Shown here piece by piece: positions 28,424 to 38,525 of a stretch of 64,000 nucleotides of DNA (positions are counted from its first letter, which is position 1; each line of letters starts with the position of its first letter). The notes below the pieces were generated by a model. The model did no database searches and had not been told where the DNA came from. It saw nothing but the letters and a program-made list of their open reading frames with translations. Position numbers and translations under genes: made by a program. Source of the DNA: Alphaproteobacteria bacterium (GTDB taxonomy: Bacteria; Pseudomonadota; Alphaproteobacteria; Bin95); assembly GCA_965205265.1 (NCBI GenBank), contig CBDBGH010000003.1, positions 4,928,001 through 4,992,000 of the forward strand, given 5' to 3'.

Positions 28424-30339
28424 CCTGACTTCGACGGTTGGGCTGACTTCTGACCGATCTCGCGTCTGGAGTTTTCAGTAAAGCCAATGAGTTGGCAGTT
28501 GCGGTGCGGTCAAGCTGCGTTGTAGTGCCTAGTAAATCTTTGAGACTGTCAATGCCTCCGCCACGCGCTACACTCCCCCCATGTTCGTGCGCATCAAGAC
28601 CTCCCCCAACAGCCCGCGACGCTCGGTCCAGATCGTCGAGGCCGTGCGCGACGGCGGCAAGGTCCGACAGCGCATCGTCCGCCATGTCGGCGTGGCCATG
28701 GACGAGGACGAGCTCGAGCGCCTGAGGCAGCTCGGCGAGTACGTCAAGGCGAAGCTGGAGGACGAGCGTCAGCCGGCATTGTTTGCGCCCGAGAAGATCG
28801 CTGAGCAGGCGATCCGTGTCGGCCGCCGGGGGGACGGCAAGGAGGAACTCCCGGTCGACCTCAAGCAGCTTGAAGAGGAGCAGCGCCTGATCACAGGCAT
28901 CCACGAGGTCTATGGCGAGATCTACCGGCTGCTGGGCCTCGACGCGCTGCTGCCGCGCTCGCGCTACCGGGCCTCCCATGACGCGCTGTTCCATGTGGTG
29001 ATGGCGCGGGTAGCCAACCCCGACAGCAAGCGGGGCAGCGTGCGCCGGCTCGAGGAGGACTTCGGCGTGAGTCTTCCGCTCGAGAAGGTCTACCGGATGA
29101 TGGATCAGCTCGACGCGACGGTGATCGAGCGACTGCGCACGCGCGTCGGCGAGGCGAGCCGGTCGCTGCTGCCGGAGCCGGTCGCGATCCTCTTCTTCGA
29201 TTGCACCACGCTCTACTTCGAGACGGCCGCCGAGGACGAGCTTCGCCAGCACGGCTTCAGCAAGGACGGCAAACACAAGGACTCGCAGGTTCTGCTGGCG
29301 CTGATGGTGACGCGCGAAGGGCTGCCGATCAGCTACGAGGTCTTCCCCGGCGCCACCTACGAGGGACACAGCATGGTCCCGGTCCTGCAGGACATGCAGC
29401 GCCGCCACCAGGTGGAGCGCACGGTATGCGTGGCCGACCGGGGCATGCTGAGCGCCGACAACCTCGACGCCATGGACGCCATCGGCGGCGAGTATGTCGT
29501 CGGCGCGCGGCTGCGCAAGCTGCCGCTCGCGCTGCTGGGGCAGGTTCTCGACCCCGGGACCTATGCCCCGCTGGAGGGCTCACAGGACCGCCGGGTCGGC
29601 GAGTGGGAGTACAAGGGCCGTCGCCTGATCGTCGTCTTCTGCCCCCAGCGCGCACGCAAGGACGCGCACGAGCGCCGCCATCAGGTGGAACGCCTGCTCG
29701 ACAGGCTGGCCCGCAGCGACAATCCCAGGGAACTGCTCTCCAATCACGGGGCGAAGCGCTTCATCGCCGTCGAGGGCGACGCACGGCTCACGGTGAACCC
29801 GGAGAAGATCGCCGAGGCCGCACGATGGGACGGGCTCACCGGCGTCATCACCAATCTGCGCGACGCGCGCGTCACCGAAGTGATGGCTCACTACCAGGGG
29901 CTCTGGCAGGTCGAGGAGAGCTTCCGGATCACCAAACACGACCTGAAGATACGTCCCATCTGGCACTGGAACCCGGACCGGATCCGCGCTCACATCGCCA
30001 TCGCCTTCCTGGCCTTCGCCTGCGTTCGACACCTTGCGTACCGCGTCGCCATCCAGAAGCGGCGGATGTCCCCGGAGGTCATCCGCTCCGCCCTCGTCCA
30101 CCGCCAGTGCTCCCTGCTGCGCTGTCGGCAATCGGGCAACCGCTACGTCATCCCCTCGAAGCCGACACCGGCGGCGGAGCAGATTTACGCAACCATGGGG
30201 CTGCCCCTGACGATCACCCCGTATCAACTCGCCTGACCGTCGACGAAGCACGGCTCGAAGAAATGCCGGATGTAGTGCCTAGCCGAAATGAGAACCAGGC
30301 AATATCAACTACTTATGCGAATCAACCGTCGAAGTCAGG
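28424..30339 (+). mobile_element. IS1634-family insertion sequence, copy 1 (1916 bp); no target duplication seen
   Basis: 17-bp terminal IR CCTGACTTCGACGGTTG; same length, ends and transposase as 60584-62499. Confidence 0.92.
28581..30236 (+). CDS. IS1634-family DDE transposase
   Basis: FFDCTTLYFE, GFSKD, VADRGM, YQGLWQVEESFRITK.DL.IRP.WH. Confidence 0.95.
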   Translation: MFVRIKTSPNSPRRSVQIVEAVRDGGKVRQRIVRHVGVAMDEDELERLRQLGEYVKAKLEDERQPALFAPEKIAEQAIRVGRRGDGKEELPVDLKQLEEEQRLITGIHEVYGEIYRLLGLDALLPRSRYRASHDALFHVVMARVANPDSKRGSVRRLEEDFGVSLPLEKVYRMMDQLDATVIERLRTRVGEASRSLLPEPVAILFFDCTTLYFETAAEDELRQHGFSKDGKHKDSQVLLALMVTREGLPISYEVFPGATYEGHSMVPVLQDMQRRHQVERTVCVADRGMLSADNLDAMDAIGGEYVVGARLRKLPLALLGQVLDPGTYAPLEGSQDRRVGEWEYKGRRLIVVFCPQRARKDAHERRHQVERLLDRLARSDNPRELLSNHGAKRFIAVEGDARLTVNPEKIAEAARWDGLTGVITNLRDARVTEVMAHYQGLWQVEESFRITKHDLKIRPIWHWNPDRIRAHIAIAFLAFACVRHLAYRVAIQKRRMSPEVIRSALVHRQCSLLRCRQSGNRYVIPSKPTPAAEQIYATMGLPLTITPYQLA

Positions 30340-30616
30340 ATCCGCTCCGGGGCCTGCCGGGCTACGGCTTCCTGGAGAAGGGACCCGCCGGACGTGCCGG
30401 AGGCCCGTTCGAGCGGTGGGGCATGGACAAGCGTGTCTTCCAGGACACAGTCGGTCATGTACTCGGTCGGGACATGCCTTACATGCGCATACGGCCAGCA
30501 ATCGCCGGCCCGGGTGACCTCGTAAACCGGCTCCGCGGTTCCCCGCCTGACCACCCTGTCGCCCTTGGCGAACCTGGAATCGGCCATCCTCCTGTCCTCC
30601 GGGCCCGGTGTCGCGG

Positions 30617-30835
30617 TTATCCGCTCTCGAACGTCCCGGTGCGGGCGTCCCAGACGTCGGAATCGATGCCGTTGCACCGGACGATGTAGCGGCCCTCGCC
30701 GTAGTCGAGAAGCCGCTCGAAGGCTTCCTCGCGATTCGGCCCGGGCGAGTGTTCCGAAGTATTGACGGTTTCGGTGATCGCCATGGTCTCGTCGCCGGTT
30801 TCGTGCAGCCGGATGATTTGTGCGGCGGCGTTCAT
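30617..30835 (-). CDS. Small hypothetical protein in a coupled leftward operon
   Basis: GGAGG RBS, ATGA overlap with the upstream ORF. Confidence 0.5.
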   Translation of the reverse strand: MNAAAQIIRLHETGDETMAITETVNTSEHSPGPNREEAFERLLDYGEGRYIVRCNGIDSDVWDARTGTFESG

Positions 30836-31869
30836 GACGTTTCCTCCCTGGTATCCTGCGTCATTCGGGGCGTATCCCGGTCGGCGATCAGGGTCGCTTC
30901 CTCGACGTTCCGGCCGGCGTCGCGGGCGGCCGAGTAGATGCGTTCGTACGCGGCCTCGTATTCGGCCTGGGTCATTTTCCGTTTGCCGCCCGTGCCGCCA
31001 GGCCCTGCTCCGGTCCGGCTGCGGGTTTCGGACAGGAGGCCGCGGGCTATCCAGGCCGAGAAGCGGGCGCGTCCGGGAGGCAGGACGGTAAACATCCGGG
31101 CCTGGGGCCCTTCCTCGCCGATGAAGGCCGACACGGCATCATGTCCGGTTGTCCTGAACAGGATCACGGCACCGGGACTCCGGTGTATCCGGAAGTCCAG
31201 AAACCGGGGTCAGGGCGGCGGCGCGCGAAAGGGGGTTGTGCTAACGAAAGACCCGTCGCCGACCATAGGCTCTCTACGGTCTGGCGCCGCCGCCCTGTCT
31301 CGGGAGCCGGACCCGGAAAGAGGCCGGCAGGTTCAGCCATCGGGCAATTCCCTGAAGGCATCGCGGACCGCCCGCTGCGCCTGATGCATGCGCACAGGCC
31401 CGCGGGCGTCCAGAACGCCCGATATGTGTGTGTCGCGCCGCTGCATGGGCCTGAGCGGCGTCCACTTGAAGGACCGTCCGCCGCGAGGCTCTTGGTGCTC
31501 CTCGATATAGCCGAGCACCAGGCTGCCATGGCTGACGCAGCTCATGGTCACTCCGCGTCCGCGGTGGAAGTCCGGCGTGGAGCACACGACTTTCATTCCG
31601 GCATCTCCCCTTTCATGGCGAGCCACCATCGGCATACGGACGGCCAGTGGTAGCCGAGGAGGTAGGCGGGGACCCCGCCGGCGATGGTCAGGGTCAAGGC
31701 GATGAGCAGGTCTTCGGGAGAGATGCAGATCATCGCCCGGTCCTCTGGAGGACACTACGCATACCGGCCTCCTTGCCTTGAGTCCTCGTGAAGCTGTGTC
31801 CCGGAAGAGGAAAGCCTTTCCGGCATTGTGTCGAATGGCGTTGATCGACGGTCGCGGCCAGTGCTTGCG

Positions 31870-31923
31870 AGTATATGACTATCCGATAATTCTTGCAAGC
31901 TGCTTGTCATGAAAATCAGCTTG
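31870..31923 (-). promoter_or_regulatory. Promoter TTGCAA-N17-TATACT with operators at 31896-31906 and 31913-31923
   Basis: CAAGCTGCTTG and AAATCAGCTTG at 17-bp pitch. Confidence 0.65.
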
Positions 31924-31963
31924 TTGTATGTATGGCTGGCGGAATGTAGCCGGAGGTGAGGCG

Positions 31964-32524
31964 ATGCGGAAGGGGATGGTATCGGCTTTTGTCGTGGCGG
32001 TCACGATGGCGGCAGTCGGTCCCCAGGCCGCGTCGGCGCAGGGTCGTGCGCTGGTTGCGGAAGCCCGGGATATCACGTTCTGGCAGAGCGACAGCCGGGA
32101 GTTCATTGTCGGGGTTTACGCCTCGGTTCCGGCCAGCCCGGCGGTGCAGATCGGTTTCCTGGTGCGCTGCGTGCGCAAGAACGGCTTCCTCGAGATGGAG
32201 CTGGAGTTCGGGCATTTTCCGCCGGAAGGGAAGGTCGTGCAGGGCATGCTGCGCGGCCCGGACGGGCGGCTGGAAAGGCTGGAGCAGCCGATCACGGTCC
32301 CGAACGCACCGGGCGACGATGTGCATGTCGTGGATATCGAAAATCCCGGCCGGGCCAGGGCCGACCTGCTTCTCGGCATGCTGTTCCGGCGCGGGACGCT
32401 GCTGACCAACGGGCATAATTCCGTGGTTCTGAATGTGCCGGATGGCCGGAACCGGCAGGCCCTGGACGGGATCCGGTCCTGTACCGGGAGGAAGACTGCC
32501 GGACGCAGGGGAAAGGATGTCTGA
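31964..32524 (+). CDS. Secreted hypothetical protein
   Basis: GGAGG RBS, signal peptide ASA-Q, paired Cys. Confidence 0.65.
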   Translation: MRKGMVSAFVVAVTMAAVGPQAASAQGRALVAEARDITFWQSDSREFIVGVYASVPASPAVQIGFLVRCVRKNGFLEMELEFGHFPPEGKVVQGMLRGPDGRLERLEQPITVPNAPGDDVHVVDIENPGRARADLLLGMLFRRGTLLTNGHNSVVLNVPDGRNRQALDGIRSCTGRKTAGRRGKDV

Positions 32525-32631
32525 ACGGGGGTGCAGGGGTGTCCGGGATACCGGCCCGATCCGGCAGGACGCCGCCGCCCGCGAGGCGGAGGCCGTCGCC
32601 GCGGTGAAGGCCTGGGAGAAGGGATGAGAGA

Positions 32632-32934
32632 GTGCCGGGTCCGGTGAAAATGGACTGGAGGGTGTGGGGGGTGCCCTTCGATCCGCCTGTCGGAGTGCGC
32701 CGGGAAGACCAGGAACGCCTGTGTGTCACGGAGTATTTCGGTGGCGGGAGTCCGGAACGGATAGCCGAGGACTGGGCCCGGCAATTCGACTTCTCGACAA
32801 CCGAGTTCGCTATCGTCAGCGGAGAGGATTATCTGGTCTCGGTCGAAAACCTGAATTCCGGGGAGCTGCAGGTTTTCCGGGTCTCCGGGGAGTCCCGGCC
32901 GATCTACAGGGCGAGCGAATACGGTGGTGACTGA
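32632..32934 (+). CDS. Hypothetical protein
   Basis: 100-aa ORF, natural composition. Confidence 0.55.
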   Translation: MPGPVKMDWRVWGVPFDPPVGVRREDQERLCVTEYFGGGSPERIAEDWARQFDFSTTEFAIVSGEDYLVSVENLNSGELQVFRVSGESRPIYRASEYGGD

Positions 32935-32973
32935 GGGGGCGGTCCGGCAGCGCCCCGTCGCGCGGGGGCGCGG

Positions 32974-34281
32974 ATGAGGCCGGAGCGCCCGGGTCCGGTC
33001 TCCGGGATGGCGCTGGCCGTCGCCCTGTTGTTGACGGCGCCGTCCATGTCCGGGGCGGATGAGGGACGGGTTGCGCCGGCCCTGCCGGAAGAAACGGCCG
33101 TCCCGGAAAGGGACCGGGCATTGCCCGGTCCCGCCGGTTCGGCGGCGCCCGCCGCCGATGAACTGGAATTCGCGGAAGGATGGGAGGCTCTGGAGGCCGG
33201 GGACTGGGAAGCGGCGGCGAGCCGCTTTCGCGAGGTTCTTCAGCAGAACCCGGAGCTGACCCGGGTGCGGCTGGACCTGGCGCTGGCGCTGTTCAAGGGC
33301 CGCCGCGACATGGCGGCGGCCTACCATTTCCGGCAGGCGCTCGGGGATCCCGGCATGCCGGAGGAGGTCAGGCGGAAGGTGCTGTTCTTTCTGGAGAGGA
33401 TCGAACGGCGCCGTGAATGGTCGTTCACGGCCGAAGCCGGTGTTTCCCGTGACAGCAATATCGGTTCGGCGACCGATGCGGACCGGGTTGATCTGTTCGG
33501 CTTCCCGGCGGAACTGTCCGATGAGTCCCGTCCAAAGAGCGGGGCGGGACTGACGCTGGCGCTGTCCGGCGACCGGCGGTGGGTTCTGGATGCGGACACA
33601 CGCCTGGTGGCGTCCGCCGGGCTGACGACGAGGACGTACAGCGAAAGCCGTTTCAACGAGCGGTCCCTGCGCGTGGGTGTGGGGCCCCGCTTCCTGTTCG
33701 GCCGCAACCGGATCGGCATGGCGGCGACTATCAGCGGCAGACGGGTCGGCGGGAAGCCGCATGACCGGGCGGCAGGACTGGAAATATCGGGGTCGCTGGT
33801 CGCGGGTCCGGCATGGAAAGCGGGCGTCCGGGCCGGCATGGAGCGGATCCTTTACGAAGCCCTGCCGACGGACAGCACCGTGGTCGGCATCCGGGCGGAG
33901 GCGACGCATGTTGCCGGGCCGGCAACGCAGGTTCACCTGTCGGCGGGTGTGAGAGAGGAAAGGGCGGACGAAAGCCGCGCCCGCAGCTGGCGGGAACATC
34001 ATGGCGGCGTAACCGTGGTCCGGGAAATCGCCGGGGGATACGGCGTGGGCGGGTCCGTATTCGTCGGTGACCGGCGCTACGGTGCGCCCGTCCGGATTCT
34101 CGGCCCGGACGCCCGCCGGGACAGGAGAGTGGCTCTGGTGCTGTCGGTATCGAACGGGAGGTTCGGTTTTGCCGGCTTCGTCCCCCGGCTGTCGGTCATC
34201 CATGAGTGGAGACGGAGCAATCTGCGCCTGCACGAATACCGCCGGACGGTGGTCGAGGCCGGACTGGCGAGGAGATTCTGA
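32974..34281 (+). CDS. Slam (surface lipoprotein assembly modifier, DUF560) outer-membrane exporter
   Basis: Signal peptide; TPR region NPELTRVRLDLALALF; DSNI.SAT; beta-barrel ending RRSNL.L.EY.R...RRF. Confidence 0.85.
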   Translation: MRPERPGPVSGMALAVALLLTAPSMSGADEGRVAPALPEETAVPERDRALPGPAGSAAPAADELEFAEGWEALEAGDWEAAASRFREVLQQNPELTRVRLDLALALFKGRRDMAAAYHFRQALGDPGMPEEVRRKVLFFLERIERRREWSFTAEAGVSRDSNIGSATDADRVDLFGFPAELSDESRPKSGAGLTLALSGDRRWVLDADTRLVASAGLTTRTYSESRFNERSLRVGVGPRFLFGRNRIGMAATISGRRVGGKPHDRAAGLEISGSLVAGPAWKAGVRAGMERILYEALPTDSTVVGIRAEATHVAGPATQVHLSAGVREERADESRARSWREHHGGVTVVREIAGGYGVGGSVFVGDRRYGAPVRILGPDARRDRRVALVLSVSNGRFGFAGFVPRLSVIHEWRRSNLRLHEYRRTVVEAGLARRF

Positions 34282-34340
34282 CCGCGGGGACCCGTGCGGG
34301 AATTCATCCGTCGCCGGGAACGGCCGCCTGTCAGCGTTGT

Positions 34341-34859
34341 TCAGAATTCCGGTGACGGGGTGGCATCCGGTTCCTCCGCCCGGGCCGGGCCGAACGGGTA
34401 TTCGGGCGGCAGCGGCTCCAGTGCGCCGGTCGAACGGTTGCGGAACCGGCCGGCGAGCCCGGCATTGAGCAGAAGGTGGGCGACGGATTGCGCTCCGGGG
34501 GCGACGAACTCGTCCCCTGGTTCGCCCGATCGGAAAATATCGGCCTTCATGCGTCCATAGCGGTCGAAGCCGGCAGGATGGACCAGAAGGCAGCGGTCCC
34601 TGAGCGTCTCGCGCAGGAAAGCGCGCGCCCGCTCGCCCAGCGGCGGGGGCTTGCGGTTCCGGGCTGGGGCAAGGCCGTGGGCGGAGAGCGTTCGGGCCAT
34701 CAGGGTTTCCTGGAGCGAGGGGGACATGCGGGCGCGTTCCGGTGCATCGATCGAGCGCAGCCGAATCCGCAGGCTGCGCTGGCGGAAGCCGCCGTGCAGC
34801 GCGATCGTGTCGCCGTCGATTACGCGAACATCCGCGGCCTGCGCCACGAACGGCTTCAT
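34341..34859 (-). CDS. Thermonuclease (SNase) family protein
   Basis: VIDGDTI, IRLRSIDAPE, DRYGR; coupled to topB. Confidence 0.88.
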   Translation of the reverse strand: MKPFVAQAADVRVIDGDTIALHGGFRQRSLRIRLRSIDAPERARMSPSLQETLMARTLSAHGLAPARNRKPPPLGERARAFLRETLRDRCLLVHPAGFDRYGRMKADIFRSGEPGDEFVAPGAQSVAHLLLNAGLAGRFRNRSTGALEPLPPEYPFGPARAEEPDATPSPEF

Positions 34860-37261
34860 CGCCGTTTGCGCCCGCCGCCCTTTCCGCTGCCCTTGCTCCC
34901 TCCCATCTGTTCGTCCAGCCACTTGGAGAGCAGCTGGGCGGAGGCGCGGACATTGTCCGGAATCGAGAGTTCCCGTTCCTCGGCGATTCGCTCGGCAAGG
35001 CCGAGCTGCTTTTCGGACGGCGGCCGGGCCGCGTCGGCGGCAGTCTTGTTGGTGTCGATCCAGGTGGAAAGCGCCTTTGCCGAGGCGAGGGCGTCATCGG
35101 GAACCTGTGTCCCGAGACTCCCGGCGATGCCCTGGGCGAATTTGACCTGGCCTTCGGTCGGCATCCGTTCGCCGGACTCGTTGGTCTCGCGCTTAGGGGC
35201 ATGCTCGTCGAGGAAGGCGCGGGTCGCGGACATGGAGGAGAGTGTGCCGCGCGGCAGGGAAATGCCCTTCTGCTCGGCGATGCGTTTGGCCCAGTCCGCC
35301 ATCTGTTTCGTCGGTTTCCGGTCGCCGCCGAGATCGATCCTCACATTGGTTGCCGTGATCTTCTCGATCTCCTGCCGGGCGGACTGGAGGATCTGCTCGA
35401 CGGCGTCCCTGGCGGATCGCTGTCCCTTTTCGACGGCGTCGAAAAGCGTTTCCCAGAGCGCGGTCCGGGCCGGGTCGCAGAGATTGGGGACGACGGCATT
35501 GAGGGCATTGTAGAGGTCCATGCCCGCCTGGGTGGGCTGGACGGTCTTGGCCTTGCGCTGGATCTGCTGCTGGGCGAAGAGCCCCTTGACGATGTCGCCC
35601 CTGGTCGCCGGGGTTCCGATGCCCTTGGCCTCCCTGAGCCGGGCCCGCCATTTCGGGTCGGTGACCAGGCGCCAGGCCTCCTTCATGACCTTTATCAGCG
35701 CCCCTTCGGTGTAACGCGCGGGCGGGCGTGTGGTGACGGTGCGGACCTGGGCGCCGGTTACCTCGCCCGGCGCGCCGTTCTCGATCTTCGGAAGCTCGGC
35801 GGCTTCCTCGTTCTTTTTCGCCGGGCTGGCGATCTCGCGCCATCCCTGCACGAGGGGTGTCCGTCCGGATGTCGAGAACAGGAAATCATGGCCTTTCCAG
35901 GGAAAGGTCATGGCCAGGTTCATCTGGAGATATTCGAAGTCCGGGGCGAGGGCGGCCAGATACTGGCGCGCGATCATGTCGAAGAGTTTCGCCTCGTCTG
36001 CGGAAAGACGCGGGACGGCCTTGCGGAAGTCCCCGGCGACATTGACGTTCGGGATGATCGCGTAATGCGACATGCCCTCGAGCGCGGCGTCGGAAAAGTG
36101 GCCGGACTTGCCCTTGCGCGGCAGGGGCTTGCCGAGCAGGTGCCGGTGCTGGCCGTAGGCTTCGAGCCCGAGCAGGGCGGGAACGAGTTTCGGGACGTCG
36201 TCGATATTCGCCTCGGGAAGATACTGGGCCTCGGCGCGGGGGTAGGTGATGAGCGTCCGTTCGGAATAGAGCTTCTGGGCGATTTCGAGGGTGCGGTCGC
36301 CGGACCAGCTGAAACGGGCGCTCGCGGCGGACTGCAGGGCGGTCAGGTCGAAGAGTTTCGGCGGGCCCTGCTTGCGGCGCGTGTATTTGGTGGCCAGAGG
36401 CCCCTTGTAGCCCTGGACGGCCTGGCAGAGGGCGTCGGCGAATTCGCGCTTCAGGATGCGTCCGCGGAGCGGCTGGGCGGCCTCGAGGGCCTCCTCGTCG
36501 GCCTCGAGATCGTCCTCCTCCTCATCGTCCGCCGGCGGCCCGTCCTGTTCCTTGATGAGGGTCTCGGGCAGCCGGGCGCAGGTCAGGACGACCGTATCGG
36601 TTCCGGTCCTGACGGTGGCGTCGATCTCGAACAGGTCCTGCGGCTGGAAATCGAGGATCTCCAGCTCCCGCCGGCAGACAATGGCGAGGACCGGGGTCTT
36701 GACCCGGCCAATGCCGATGGCCCCCTTGCCGCCGGCCTTCATGGTGACGGCCTTCATGGTGACGGTGGCCGCCCGGGTGAGGGAGAGGTTGACGGTCTGG
36801 TCGGCCTGTTCCCGGGCCTGGCCGGAATTGTAGAGTCCCTCGAATTGCTCGTTGGGCTTGAGTTTGGAGAACGCGTCCTGGAGGGTTTTCGGGTCCTCGG
36901 CATTGAAAATGCAGCGCAGGCGTGTGCCGGCGAACTTGATGTGATCGAGGATCTCGTCGCCGATTAATTGCCCTTCCCTGTCGCAGTCCGTGGCGATGAT
37001 GACCCGGTCGGCGGTCCTGGCCTCGTTGCGGATGGCATCGAGGAGCCGTTTGGTACCGGGGCTTGCCTTCTTGGGGTAGAAGTGTCCCGGCCAGAGCAGT
37101 TCCGTCCCCCATTCCTTCCATTCCTCCCGGTATTCGTCGGGCTCGACGAGCTGGACGATATGGCCCTGGGCGGGCAGGACCGGGCCGTAACGGCTGCCTA
37201 TGGCGGCACGGATGGCCTTGGCCTGACTGCTCTTCTCGCAGATCACGATGCTGCGGGACAT
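34856..37261 (-). CDS. topB: Plasmid-type DNA topoisomerase III (type IA) with three C-terminal repeats
   Basis: ICEK, ATDCDREGQLI, GRVKTP, ITYPR, GIGTPATR. Confidence 0.93.
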   Translation of the reverse strand: MSRSIVICEKSSQAKAIRAAIGSRYGPVLPAQGHIVQLVEPDEYREEWKEWGTELLWPGHFYPKKASPGTKRLLDAIRNEARTADRVIIATDCDREGQLIGDEILDHIKFAGTRLRCIFNAEDPKTLQDAFSKLKPNEQFEGLYNSGQAREQADQTVNLSLTRAATVTMKAVTMKAGGKGAIGIGRVKTPVLAIVCRRELEILDFQPQDLFEIDATVRTGTDTVVLTCARLPETLIKEQDGPPADDEEEDDLEADEEALEAAQPLRGRILKREFADALCQAVQGYKGPLATKYTRRKQGPPKLFDLTALQSAASARFSWSGDRTLEIAQKLYSERTLITYPRAEAQYLPEANIDDVPKLVPALLGLEAYGQHRHLLGKPLPRKGKSGHFSDAALEGMSHYAIIPNVNVAGDFRKAVPRLSADEAKLFDMIARQYLAALAPDFEYLQMNLAMTFPWKGHDFLFSTSGRTPLVQGWREIASPAKKNEEAAELPKIENGAPGEVTGAQVRTVTTRPPARYTEGALIKVMKEAWRLVTDPKWRARLREAKGIGTPATRGDIVKGLFAQQQIQRKAKTVQPTQAGMDLYNALNAVVPNLCDPARTALWETLFDAVEKGQRSARDAVEQILQSARQEIEKITATNVRIDLGGDRKPTKQMADWAKRIAEQKGISLPRGTLSSMSATRAFLDEHAPKRETNESGERMPTEGQVKFAQGIAGSLGTQVPDDALASAKALSTWIDTNKTAADAARPPSEKQLGLAERIAEERELSIPDNVRASAQLLSKWLDEQMGGSKGSGKGGGRKRR

Positions 37262-37332
37262 GAACGCCTCCGGTGGTGGGTGGAATTACGCCCGCGATTG
37301 TAACGGGTCGTCCTGCGGTGCTGCACAAGCCG

Positions 37333-37351
37333 ATCGCGAGTTTCCCCATAT
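37333..37351 (+). promoter_or_regulatory. Transfer-operon upstream motif ATCGCGAGTTTCCCCATAT
   Basis: Identical to 11812-11830 (opposite strand). Confidence 0.65.
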
Positions 37352-37404
37352 TTCGTGCGGCGCCGGGACGCCGGGACCTTGCAGCGGTGGTAGGAATACG
37401 GCCC

Positions 37405-37611
37405 ATGGCAACGCAGGACGAAAGAATTGCGGCGCGCCGCCGGGCGCTTGAGGCGGCGGTCGCGTCCAACCGTCTCGAGGGTCATGAGCCGGACCCGGCC
37501 TTTGCCGATCTCCACGAGGCGCGGATATCGGGACAGCTCGGGCACGGGGCGGCCATGGACGAGATGGTGAGGCGGGTTCTCGGGCCAGCCCGCCCGGAGC
37601 CTGGCCTGTGA
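37405..37611 (+). CDS. VbhA-family antitoxin
   Basis: 68 aa with inhibitory motif SNRLEG ((S/T)xxxE(G/N)); GTGA overlap with Fic. Confidence 0.85.
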   Translation: MATQDERIAARRRALEAAVASNRLEGHEPDPAFADLHEARISGQLGHGAAMDEMVRRVLGPARPEPGL

Positions 37612-38525
37612 CGGCGGCGCAGCGGCCGGAAGATGCCCATGACGGGTATCTGATCGCCGATGCCGCCGAAGCGGTCCTGCACAATCGCTGGGGCGTCACG
37701 GAACCCGGCCTGCTTGCGGTTCTGGAACGCGAGGCGACGGTGCTTGCGGCCATCGACATGGCGGATCTCCCGGTCTCGCGCGGCTTTGACCGGAAGCATC
37801 TGGCCGACATTCACCGGCGCCTCTTCGGCGATGTGTATGAATGGGCCGGGATGATGCGCGACGAGAGTGCGGTTCTCGGGGACGGCACAAGGATCGAGCC
37901 GGTCGAGAGGCTGGAGAAGGCCGGGACGGTCTTCGCGGCGGCCGGCGACATAGACGGCCGGCTGGAGAGTCTCGCGGAGACCGCGGACCGTGCGGCGATG
38001 CAGGAGGATGTGGAGGCTTTCGCGATGGAGGCCGCCGCCGTGCTCGCCGAACTGAACGCCATTCATCCCTTCCGTGAGGGAAACGGGCGCGTGCAGCGGT
38101 TCTTCCTGGAGGAATTGGCGCGGGAAGCCGGTCACGAGATGGATTTCGGCGTGATCGACGCCCCGCGGAACGTGGCGGCCTCGGAAGCGGCCGTCCACGG
38201 CTTTACCGAAGGCCTTGTCGGTCTGGTCCGGGACGCGGTCGTTCCGGGACGCCGGGATCTGCTTCGCAAGGCCGGGATATTGCTCGGAGAGGGCCGGCAG
38301 TGGGTTACGGAAGCGGAACTCTCGCGCCGGACGCTGGAGGCCGACGAGCGGGTGGACGGCATGCTGATGGAGGTTCGCGACGGTGTGGCGATTCTGGTGA
38401 CGGACAGCAATGAGCTGGTCGTGGCCCCGGAGACGGCGCTGGCGAATACCGCGGCTCCGGGGGACCAGGTGCGGCTCGCGGGCCGGTTGGCTTCCGGAGA
38501 AGAGACAGGGCTGGAGATAGGATAA
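37608..38525 (+). CDS. Fic toxin (class I) with C-terminal beta-rich extension
   Basis: HPFREGNGRVQR; IHRRLFGDVYEWAG. Confidence 0.92.
   Translation: MTAAQRPEDAHDGYLIADAAEAVLHNRWGVTEPGLLAVLEREATVLAAIDMADLPVSRGFDRKHLADIHRRLFGDVYEWAGMMRDESAVLGDGTRIEPVERLEKAGTVFAAAGDIDGRLESLAETADRAAMQEDVEAFAMEAAAVLAELNAIHPFREGNGRVQRFFLEELAREAGHEMDFGVIDAPRNVAASEAAVHGFTEGLVGLVRDAVVPGRRDLLRKAGILLGEGRQWVTEAELSRRTLEADERVDGMLMEVRDGVAILVTDSNELVVAPETALANTAAPGDQVRLAGRLASGEETGLEIG

Noticed and set aside
32116-35202. 1028-aa minus-strand ORF and other long shadow ORFs (412-2331, 5186-7615, 34742-36967, 41799-43931)
   Set aside because: Antisense to recognisable genes with Arg/Pro/Gly-rich low-information translations; typical high-GC artefacts
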